This document shows, one piece after another, positions 8,039-15,784 of a stretch of 64,000 bases of DNA. The position numbers and the translations under genes were made by a program. How positions within the stretch are numbered: position 1 is the stretch's first letter; the number at the start of each line of letters is the position of its first letter. The notes below the pieces were generated by a model, which saw only the letters and a list, made by a program, of their open reading frames with translations, did not search any database and was not told the origin of the DNA. This DNA is from an uncultured virus (IMG/VR IMGVR_UViG_3300020048_000096) (lineage: Duplodnaviria; Heunggongvirae; Uroviricota; Caudoviricetes), in IMG/VR virus record IMGVR_UViG_3300020048_000096, positions 1-64,000 of that record; one strand, 5' to 3'.

Positions 8039-8057
8039 TGAATGGGGGGTACGTAGT
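8039..8057 (-). promoter_or_regulatory. phage early promoter motif copy
   Basis: tgaatggggggtacgtagt has the same spacing as the other three full copies. Confidence 0.6.
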
Positions 8058-8209
8058 TTTTGCAAACGACCGGAGGGAGTTTGTATTAGGTGGTACCCAC
8101 ACCCTTCCCCTCAGTAAAATCCCTGTCCCGTAAGCAAAACTATTTTTTAGGAAACATAATATTCTTTCTTTCAGTGAGTTATCTCACTTTTTGTAAGGTT
8201 AAGAGATAG

Positions 8210-8257
8210 AGGTGTCCATCTTGTAGGTATCCACCTTATATCTGAGGTGTCCACCTT
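8210..8257. repeat. three 13-bp quasi-palindromic direct repeats
   Basis: AGGTGTCCATCTT (8210), AGGTATCCACCTT (8225), AGGTGTCCACCTT (8245). Confidence 0.8.
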
Positions 8258-8262
8258 AATGC

Positions 8263-8302
8263 AAAAAAAAAAAACCCCTCTCCTATTGGGGTAGGAAAGG
8301 GG
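8263..8302 (-). terminator. strong intrinsic terminator
   Basis: cccctctccta/taggaaagggg stem followed by a 12-U run on minus strand. Confidence 0.75.
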
Positions 8303-8353
8303 AGGGTAGGGGTTACGGGGTAATAATCAGGGTTGAAAAAATATTCCTAATTT

Positions 8354-8953
8354 TTATTCTGTGTCCTTTTCACAAAGAGAATATATAAAAGCAGTGGCAG
8401 CGATATTAGATACTTCTAGAACATTGCTTGCATTCAAGTAAGACTTGTCGTATTTTCTTCTCCAGTTATAAACTGCGTCATAATAAGCCATTGCAATATT
8501 TGTGGTCCAGGCTTCTTTGAAACCTTCATCTTCTGAGAAGGCCTCACATAATATATCAACTGCTTGCTTTACTGTCGTATCTTGTATAGCAGTGCCTTCA
8601 ATATTGCATTTCTCACAAGCAATGTTGGTTTTTATTATATTCGCACAAGAAGCTGCTTCATCAGTAATACCTCTCGTATAACCTTTACAGAAAGTAATTA
8701 GACTTTCTTTAGAAATTGTTTTTTCAGGAAAGATGTCCTCATAAGCATTGAACATATTGCTTACTCCTTCGAATATTGTGTATGTATTCGGAAGTTCTTT
8801 TTTCCACAATAGTACTTTCTTGAAATTATAATGCGTTTTCACTATGAATAACGGATTAACACTTCTAAGTTGTGACAGGGCCTCACCGGCTTCTACGTCG
8901 ATCAATGTTCTGTAAGATGATAATTGAGATGCTGATAAATAAGAAATTTTCAT
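8354..8953 (-). CDS. hypothetical protein
   Basis: 199-aa ORF. Confidence 0.7.
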   Translation of the reverse strand: MKISYLSASQLSSYRTLIDVEAGEALSQLRSVNPLFIVKTHYNFKKVLLWKKELPNTYTIFEGVSNMFNAYEDIFPEKTISKESLITFCKGYTRGITDEAASCANIIKTNIACEKCNIEGTAIQDTTVKQAVDILCEAFSEDEGFKEAWTTNIAMAYYDAVYNWRRKYDKSYLNASNVLEVSNIAATAFIYSLCEKDTE

Positions 8954-8991
8954 AATAATAATAAATAAAGATTAGAGATTAAAGATTAGTT

Positions 8992-9210
8992 TTAAGGATA
9001 TGCATCAATATTGATACTTATGGTTATCGCTATTGTTGCAAAAAGACTTACGAGAGATACGGCTAAAAAGTAACCGGGTATGTCAACGCCGGTCCAGTCA
9101 AAAGGACTCCATTCATCATTTACAAAATATAATATGGAGAATTGTATCATTAATAAAAGCACGAAGAAATATGTGTAGTATTTAAGAAAGAGTTTTATTT
9201 TGTTTATCAT
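8992..9210 (-). CDS. small membrane protein (2 TM)
   Basis: Two hydrophobic helices around W.PFDW. Confidence 0.65.
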   Translation of the reverse strand: MINKIKLFLKYYTYFFVLLLMIQFSILYFVNDEWSPFDWTGVDIPGYFLAVSLVSLFATIAITISINIDAYP

Positions 9211-9212
9211 AA

Positions 9213-9836
9213 TTAAGGGTTTTTCTTTTTAAAATAAAGCTTATAAATAGTACTTATCCAATCAAGTATTGATGCTTTTTGCTTTGCTGGCTCTAGTATT
9301 ACTTTAGGCGTTTTAGGAAATAACTCTTCCATTATTAATTGCTTTGGTAAAAACTTATGGCAATAATAACTTGAACTAAAAGTGATTTTATCAACGGTGA
9401 TACCTTCTGCGTTTTTAAATTTCATCCTCTTGTCAAACATTAGCAATTGTAGTTCTTTATTCATAAAGAGTTGTTTTGGTGCCGCGTCGTTTAACCAGGT
9501 GTTACTCATAATAAGGGCAAATGGTTTGTTAAAGCTCAATGCTCTTTCGAAGAATTTACGCTTGGCTGTGAAAGGCGGGTTACTGATAAGCACATCCCAT
9601 TGTACTGGCTGGTACTTGAAGAAATCCTTGCCTTCGTCGATGTGAGAGAAAATCACAACATTGGTCTTACTAATCTGTTTTACAAATTCGCTATCCTTAT
9701 TGTCAAAAGGACACCACACTACAGCGCCTTTAGGGATATATTTTAAAATAGGTTTTACGCCATAGTCCGGAGTAAAACACTCGTCGTTGCCTCCTTGCGG
9801 ATACAGCAATTCTTTACTGTTAATTTTCTGTGTCAT
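9213..9836 (-). CDS. DNA amino (N6-adenine) methyltransferase-like protein
   Basis: Catalytic NPPF motif (LISNPPF), plus DE.FTP and VWCPFD motifs typical of small phage MTases. Confidence 0.75.
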   Translation of the reverse strand: MTQKINSKELLYPQGGNDECFTPDYGVKPILKYIPKGAVVWCPFDNKDSEFVKQISKTNVVIFSHIDEGKDFFKYQPVQWDVLISNPPFTAKRKFFERALSFNKPFALIMSNTWLNDAAPKQLFMNKELQLLMFDKRMKFKNAEGITVDKITFSSSYYCHKFLPKQLIMEELFPKTPKVILEPAKQKASILDWISTIYKLYFKKKNP

Positions 9837-10239
9837 CTTGTTTATTTGGTTTGTTTAAGGGATTCGTATTAGGCCTGCCTTTTATATAGCGTGTTGTAAC
9901 ATCTGGGAAACTTGGGAAAATGGTCTGAGAAGATGTAACATCTTCTTCTTGATAGACCTCTTTAGGATGTTGTAGTTTTTCCGTATCTATGTTCCAACTT
10001 TCGTTACAGTCCGGGCAGCTCAAAAAACGATAATTAGCGTCTGAAGAAACAAGCGTTAAGATGCTTCTGTTGAAATTATCACCGTCCTCGTATATTGTTT
10101 CAAATCCTTCTACCATTTTGGAGACCTTCATATCTTCCGTAAATCGAAGGGCTTCTATCAGTCTCACACCACCGTATAAGTCAGCAACAATCCAGTCGGA
10201 ACCACAACTAGGGCAGTGTGTTAATTTATTAAAATCCAT
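9820..10239 (-). CDS. Zn-ribbon protein
   Basis: CPSC...CPDC. Confidence 0.7.
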   Translation of the reverse strand: MDFNKLTHCPSCGSDWIVADLYGGVRLIEALRFTEDMKVSKMVEGFETIYEDGDNFNRSILTLVSSDANYRFLSCPDCNESWNIDTEKLQHPKEVYQEEDVTSSQTIFPSFPDVTTRYIKGRPNTNPLNKPNKQDDTEN

Positions 10240-10252
10240 AGTTTATATAAAT

Positions 10253-10320
10253 AAGTTCTACAAAAATACATAATATATTGTAGAAGTTAACCTTTTTTTA
10301 GTTAAATTTGTAATGTAGAA
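10253..10320. promoter_or_regulatory. divergent promoter region at the strand switch
   Basis: TAnnTTTG on minus (10261-10268) and plus (10303-10310); AAGTTCTACA box at 10253-10262 and inverted AACTTCTACA at 10279-10288. Confidence 0.65.
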
Positions 10321-10331
10321 ACAACATACTT

Positions 10332-10616
10332 ATGAAACCAAAGAAAAACACTGAAGTCATTGGTATTGAATTACCTAAAGAAGATACAACAGATACTCGA
10401 GAAAAACTAATTGAGTATTATACAATGCAAAACGAAATTGTAGAACTCAGGGCAAAAAACGTAGGATTTCACCGTGATATCGCTGTTGCAGAATATCAGC
10501 GTCTGGAAGCATTGATTTTGATGGCCAGGCTACAAGCTGGCCCAAAAGAAGAAGCGCCTGTTGGGACTAAGGCTCCAGTTGCAGAACCGGAGAGGCCTAT
10601 AATGAAACCAGTGTAA
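10332..10616 (+). CDS. hypothetical coiled-coil protein
   Basis: 94 aa; first gene of the plus-strand arm. Confidence 0.75.
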   Translation: MKPKKNTEVIGIELPKEDTTDTREKLIEYYTMQNEIVELRAKNVGFHRDIAVAEYQRLEALILMARLQAGPKEEAPVGTKAPVAEPERPIMKPV

Positions 10617-10620
10617 TCCA

Positions 10621-11007
10621 ATGGATGTACAGAGAATTGTAAAAAAAGTAAGAATGAGCAAGCAGGATTTGGTCCAATACCAAATTTTGACAGAGTTGTT
10701 TATGAAAAAGATCTCCCTGAATCAATCGGATATAGAGCTTTTGACATTGCTTGGTTTATGGGGTTCTTTAGGATTAACCGAATTTTGCGAAAAAGCCGCA
10801 GACATCGTATATAAAGATACACCTAGGGTGATGGCTCGAATTCAAAATGTTCGTAATCGTTTGGTAATCCTAGAGCGAAAAGGACTTGTAGTAAAAGAAT
10901 CAGCAACAAAAAAGAAAAAAATAATAAGTCTAAGTGATACAATATCTGTTTTGGTAACGGGAGATATATTGCTAGACTACAACATGCTGTCTGTTGATTC
11001 CAATTAA
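10621..11007 (+). CDS. putative winged-helix DNA-binding protein
   Basis: MarR-like pattern (IELLTLL...IQNVRNRLVILERKGLVVK + wing). Confidence 0.55.
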   Translation: MDVQRIVKKVRMSKQDLVQYQILTELFMKKISLNQSDIELLTLLGLWGSLGLTEFCEKAADIVYKDTPRVMARIQNVRNRLVILERKGLVVKESATKKKKIISLSDTISVLVTGDILLDYNMLSVDSN

Positions 11008-11392
11008 ACGAAAACAACTAGTGAGCATGGTCTCTCTATCCACTTCTATTTCGGAGTCGCTTGTTGATGACATTGTGGTAAGTTATTACAAAGACATATA
11101 TCGTCAGCTTTCAAAGGGAGAAAACCTTCATGTGGATGTTCCTAATTTAGGAATTTTTTCAATAAAACCATGGTCTTTAAAAAGGAAACTGGAAAAAATG
11201 GATGCTCAGATAAAAAATTTAAGGAAGCCGCGAAGTATGCAGTCTTATGCTATTCATAAAGAAAAGTTAGATCGACTTGAACACTTGCACATATTGCAAG
11301 AGAAGGTGGATGAGGAAATTTTACAAAAAAAACGCATTAAACTATTAAGAGCTGAATATGAGGAATCTACTTCAAACGATTTGGGAGAATAA
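10994..11392 (+). CDS. IHF/HU-like DNA-binding protein
   Basis: HU-like N-terminal helices and V.VPNLGIF motif. Confidence 0.65.
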   Translation: MIPIKRKQLVSMVSLSTSISESLVDDIVVSYYKDIYRQLSKGENLHVDVPNLGIFSIKPWSLKRKLEKMDAQIKNLRKPRSMQSYAIHKEKLDRLEHLHILQEKVDEEILQKKRIKLLRAEYEESTSNDLGE

Positions 11393-11669
11393 AAAACAAA
11401 TAATGGAAGGCTTGTTAAACAACATCGTGAAGCAAGATTCTGTTGAAATTATAGCAAAAGCGAGATGGGGAATTTGTCAAGATTGTGAGAGCGTTGATAT
11501 TGATGGCTCAGAATGTGCAATTCCCGGAACACAACCTTGTTGTAAAGAGTGCGGATGTTCGCTGTCTTTAAAATTAAGAAGTCTTTCATCAGATTGCCCT
11601 AAAGGATATTGGTCATCTGTTCTAACTATAGAAGAGGAGAATAAACTGATGAATTTAAGCTCTAAGTAA
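11358..11669 (+). CDS. Cys-rich Zn-binding protein
   Basis: C..C...C...PCC..CGC.L..K.R.....CP.G.W; position upstream of the nuclease as in crAss-like phages. Confidence 0.75.
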   Translation: MRNLLQTIWENKKQIMEGLLNNIVKQDSVEIIAKARWGICQDCESVDIDGSECAIPGTQPCCKECGCSLSLKLRSLSSDCPKGYWSSVLTIEEENKLMNLSSK

Positions 11670-11670
11670 T

Positions 11671-12495
11671 ATGGCAATAATATTCGAAGAAGAGTCTCAT
11701 AAATACTCATCGGTAGATGCTGCAGAAAAAATTGAATGGGTGAGTGTTACTACCTTGGTTGCCAAATACAAGGAGCATTTTGACGGAAAAGCGATTGCTG
11801 AAAAATCATCTAAAAAGAAATTAAGCAAATGGTTTGGAATAGCTCCGAATGAAATACAGCGCATTTGGAAAAAAGAATCGGACAGGGCTTGTGGACTGGG
11901 TACTTTTTATCATAAGCAACGCGAAGATGAACTTCTGGGATTGAATACTATTACCAGAGGAAATGAAATACTACCGTTGTTTCAACCTATTGTAAACGAA
12001 AAAGGATATAAGGTTGCTCCAGAACAAAGGCTTAACCCGGGTATTTATCCAGAACACATGTGCTATCTGAAATCTACAGGAATCTGTGGACAAAGCGACC
12101 TTGTAGAAGTCTATGATGGAAAAGTTCATATTACGGATTACAAAACCAATAAGGAAATACAAATGAACAGTTTCGTAAACTGGGAAGGCGTTAGTAAGAA
12201 AATGCTGAGACCGTTAACCCATATTGAAGACTGCCACATCAACCATTACTCACTTCAGTTATCTATTTACCTCTATACGATTTTAAAACACAACCCTCAT
12301 TTGCAGGCGGGTAATCTTATTATTCATCATATTTCTTTTGAGGAAGAAAATGAGAAAGATGAGTACGGATACCCTCTTCATAAACTTGATGAAAGCGGAG
12401 AGCCTATTGTAAAAAGTGTGACTATTTATAATTTACCATATTTAAAAGACGAAGTAATTAAAATGTTGGAGCATCATAAAGCCCAGAAAAGATAA
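11671..12495 (+). CDS. PD-(D/E)XK nuclease (crAss-like conserved)
   Basis: SVTT, GTFYH, E..., GQSDLV, ITDYKTNK and Y.LQLS.Y motifs. Confidence 0.85.
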   Translation: MAIIFEEESHKYSSVDAAEKIEWVSVTTLVAKYKEHFDGKAIAEKSSKKKLSKWFGIAPNEIQRIWKKESDRACGLGTFYHKQREDELLGLNTITRGNEILPLFQPIVNEKGYKVAPEQRLNPGIYPEHMCYLKSTGICGQSDLVEVYDGKVHITDYKTNKEIQMNSFVNWEGVSKKMLRPLTHIEDCHINHYSLQLSIYLYTILKHNPHLQAGNLIIHHISFEEENEKDEYGYPLHKLDESGEPIVKSVTIYNLPYLKDEVIKMLEHHKAQKR

Positions 12496-13025
12496 TGGAA
12501 ACGATACGCCTATTTGATATTCAAAACGATGTCATCGTTCCTACAGAACACTGCTTTACAATCAAGCCGTTGAAAATGATTATGGATAAATATCCAGAGA
12601 ATTGCTTGGAAATTTACCAGTATATTTTTTACATGACTTGTCCTAATCCGGTATTGAATCCTTTTTTTAATGTGGTGGCTTCTGAGAAAGAAGATACCAT
12701 TCTTGCCAACATGATAATTACAGGAAGTGGCTTTAGCCTTGAAGATCCTTTGATAATGAGTGGTGTTGAAATATGCAAGACTTTATATTCTACACCAACA
12801 TTCAGGGCCTACATGGGAATTTCATCAATGCTCGACCGTCTGGCAAAGTATATGGAAGAGACTCCGATCGAACACGGAAGAGATGGAAATATTAACTCCA
12901 TTGTAAATGCTGCCGCCAAATTTGAATTGATAAGAAGCTCATTTAAAGGAGCTTATAAAGACCTTGCTGAAGAGCAAAAAGGAAGCGTAAGGGGCGGTCA
13001 ATCCTTGAGCTACGATCAAATGTAA
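12495..13025 (+). CDS. conserved crAss-like protein, candidate terminase small subunit
   Basis: Helical 176-aa protein ending VRGGQ; synteny between nuclease and TerL. Confidence 0.55.
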   Translation: METIRLFDIQNDVIVPTEHCFTIKPLKMIMDKYPENCLEIYQYIFYMTCPNPVLNPFFNVVASEKEDTILANMIITGSGFSLEDPLIMSGVEICKTLYSTPTFRAYMGISSMLDRLAKYMEETPIEHGRDGNINSIVNAAAKFELIRSSFKGAYKDLAEEQKGSVRGGQSLSYDQM

Positions 13026-13042
13026 CCACTAATTTTAATAAT

Positions 13043-13258
13043 ATGGCAACTTTAATTTATCTACTCATTTTTTACATCGCTGGTGTGATAATATCGCACG
13101 TCTTGTTAAACATTCATCAAAGCTTTAACAAAAAGTTAGTAACCGCTATAGACGCAGGGCGATATTGGAATTTGAGATTGCTTTCATGGTATACATTTTT
13201 TACAATTGTTGGAAGTCTTGTATCAGAGACCTATAATGATTTTATTATAAATAAATAA
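13043..13258 (+). CDS. small membrane protein
   Basis: Two hydrophobic segments. Confidence 0.6.
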   Translation: MATLIYLLIFYIAGVIISHVLLNIHQSFNKKLVTAIDAGRYWNLRLLSWYTFFTIVGSLVSETYNDFIINK

Positions 13259-13392
13259 AATAGAAAACGGGCGCTTAAATAGCTGCATAAATTTTAAAAA
13301 TAAACCAATATTTATGAATCACCGGGCATGTTGTTTAGTACTGCTTTGGCGAATGATTGAATTATTTTCAATTAACTTTTAAAAAATAAAAT

Positions 13393-13524
13393 ATGGCAGT
13401 AAAATCGAATTCGGGAAACGGTGAAAAGATAATCACTGGTGTGAGAAGAAAGGGCAAGGCCACTAAGCAAAAAAATAAAAACAAAGCATCTAAATCTATT
13501 TACAGAGGGCAAGGGCATAATTAA
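13393..13524 (+). CDS. 43-aa basic peptide ending YRGQGHN (not in ORF track)
   Basis: MAVKSNSGNGEKIITGVRRKGKATKQKNKNKASKSIYRGQGHN; its TAA overlaps the TerL ATG (TAATG). Confidence 0.7.
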   Translation: MAVKSNSGNGEKIITGVRRKGKATKQKNKNKASKSIYRGQGHN

Positions 13525-15716
13525 TGGAGCCATTCAAAGACATACCAACTTATGACCACAATACAAAAGAATGGTCAAAAACGGCTTTTGAAACTCGAAA
13601 AGATTTATATGATTTCTGTTTGAGTATATTTAAAGAGCCTGGGAAGTATGAATTTGATGAATGTTCTCTTGAATTTAATTGTGAAGCTCGTAAGTTCAAC
13701 AAAACACGACTATATTGTCTTGCTCCTTTTCGTTCGCGGGATTTTATAAGCTACTGGAACGACCAGAAAGAGAAGTGCAGAGAAGGTGTTATTTATAAGT
13801 ACAACGGCAAAACGTGGTATCTGTCACGGGACTATTACATGTGGGTAAACTTCTTACCAATCTACAACAAGGAGATTGCCAAGTTTAGTTTCCCAGATGT
13901 AAGAGATGTTCAATATCACATGGCACTCTATGAAGAGATTGCCAAGTGGAATTTCAAACACGTAGCGATTCTTAAAAAACGACAAATAGCATCATCATAC
14001 TATCACGCAGGAAAACTGATAAATAATTTCTGGTTTGAAGAAGGGTCTATCAATAAAATAGCAGGGTCTTTAAAAGATTACATCAACGAAAAAGGAACCT
14101 GGCGTTTTCTTGAAGAGTATCGAAACTTCCTGAATGAACATACTGCTTGGTACCGACCTTGCACGCCTGACAAAGTATTAAACTGGGAACAAAAAATTGA
14201 AGTTCAGGCCGGCGGAAGAAAAAAAGACGTTGGACTAAAATCAGTTCTGATAGGGCTTGGCTTAGATAAAGACAGCACAAAAGGTGTTGGTGGCCCTTGT
14301 TCTATCTTCTTTCATGAGGAAGCCGGTATCGCAAAGAGTATGGATACCACCGTGGAGTTCTTATTGCCCGCGTTAAAGTCAGGGATGGGCTATACTGGGC
14401 AGTTTATCGCCGCGGGTTCTGTGGGAGATTTAGAGCAGTGTGAGCCTCTGAGAGAAATGATTTTCAATCCTGACGCAAAAGACATTCAAGCCGTTCCTAC
14501 AAATTTATTAGACGCTAACAACAGCGAAGGAATGTGTGGATTGTTTATTCCTGAACAATGGGGTATGCAACCGTGTATTGATGAATATGGAAATTCACAA
14601 GTAGAGGAATCATTAAAAATGATTTTAGCCGAGAGGATTATCTGGTTAAAAACATTGAAGGCAGAGGATTACCAGTTGCGTATTTCTCAGAAACCGATTA
14701 ACATTGAAGAGGCATTTGCTTCACGTAAAGTGTCTAAATTTGCATTACACTTAGTGAATCAGCAGCTAAGACGCATTGAAAACGGGGAGTTCCCTGCAGA
14801 ATATGTAGACTTAAATCGAAACGACAAGGGTGAGATAGAAATAACCAAGAGTAAGAGATTGCCAATTACAGAATTTCCTATTTCTCCAAGGACATTGGAC
14901 AAGGAAGCTGTTGTAGTAATTTACGAACGCCCTGTAAAAAACCTAAAATTAGGTTCTTATTATGCTTCTGTGGATCCTGTGTCAGAAGGAAAAACCACTA
15001 CAAGTGACTCGCTCTGTTCTATCGTGATTTATAGGCCTCCGACAGAGGTAATTACCCACATGAACGATGGCACCGTAAAGAGTAATATAGAGGGTGACAA
15101 ACTAGTTGCTAGTTGGTGCGGAAGGTTTGATGACCTAAATAAAACACATGAGCGTCTTGAAATGATGATTGAACTATTTCAAGCGTGGACGATAGTTGAG
15201 AACAACATCTCGCTGTTCATCCAGTACATGATGCATAAGAAAAAACAAAAATACCTAGTGCCTAAAACACAGATATTGTTCTTAAAAGAGCTTAACTCAA
15301 ACGTTAATGTATTTCAGGAATATGGATGGAAAAATACAGGAACTATATTTAAGTCGCATTTGGTAAGTTATGGCGCAGCATTCGTGTCAGAAGAAATAGA
15401 AAAGGAAACTGAAGTCGATGGAACTGTTAAAAAAATAACATACGGTGTAGAGCGAATTCCAGATCCTATGATTCTTCGAGAGATGTTAGCTTATAGAGAT
15501 GGATTAAACGTGGACAGACTTGTAACTTATTGTTCTTTAGTGTCTTTTGCAAAAGTACAACAATCTGCAAGAGGATTCATAAAAACTGAAGTTTTGGAAA
15601 GCAAAACCACATACGTTGATAAATCAAAATATGCAAAAACACACAGCGCATTTAGCAACACAAACAAAGGTTCTTCTCTTAAAAAAACAAGAACAGGATT
15701 TAGAAATTTAAGATAA
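13524..15716 (+). CDS. terL: terminase large subunit
   Basis: Walker A-like LKKRQIASS, Walker B FFHEEAG, RNase H-like SVDPV...D and final DRL; directly upstream of portal. Confidence 0.92.
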   Translation: MEPFKDIPTYDHNTKEWSKTAFETRKDLYDFCLSIFKEPGKYEFDECSLEFNCEARKFNKTRLYCLAPFRSRDFISYWNDQKEKCREGVIYKYNGKTWYLSRDYYMWVNFLPIYNKEIAKFSFPDVRDVQYHMALYEEIAKWNFKHVAILKKRQIASSYYHAGKLINNFWFEEGSINKIAGSLKDYINEKGTWRFLEEYRNFLNEHTAWYRPCTPDKVLNWEQKIEVQAGGRKKDVGLKSVLIGLGLDKDSTKGVGGPCSIFFHEEAGIAKSMDTTVEFLLPALKSGMGYTGQFIAAGSVGDLEQCEPLREMIFNPDAKDIQAVPTNLLDANNSEGMCGLFIPEQWGMQPCIDEYGNSQVEESLKMILAERIIWLKTLKAEDYQLRISQKPINIEEAFASRKVSKFALHLVNQQLRRIENGEFPAEYVDLNRNDKGEIEITKSKRLPITEFPISPRTLDKEAVVVIYERPVKNLKLGSYYASVDPVSEGKTTTSDSLCSIVIYRPPTEVITHMNDGTVKSNIEGDKLVASWCGRFDDLNKTHERLEMMIELFQAWTIVENNISLFIQYMMHKKKQKYLVPKTQILFLKELNSNVNVFQEYGWKNTGTIFKSHLVSYGAAFVSEEIEKETEVDGTVKKITYGVERIPDPMILREMLAYRDGLNVDRLVTYCSLVSFAKVQQSARGFIKTEVLESKTTYVDKSKYAKTHSAFSNTNKGSSLKKTRTGFRNLR

Positions 15717-15784
15717 TGCATCATAAGGTCATTAATATTTAATATATTATAGTGTAGACCGTACTCTTTTAAAACCCAAAGACT

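Noticed and set aside
8288..8332. G-quadruplex-like run of G-tracts
   Set aside because: Part of it is explained by the terminator stem and loop on the opposite strand; kept only as part of the terminus hypothesis.
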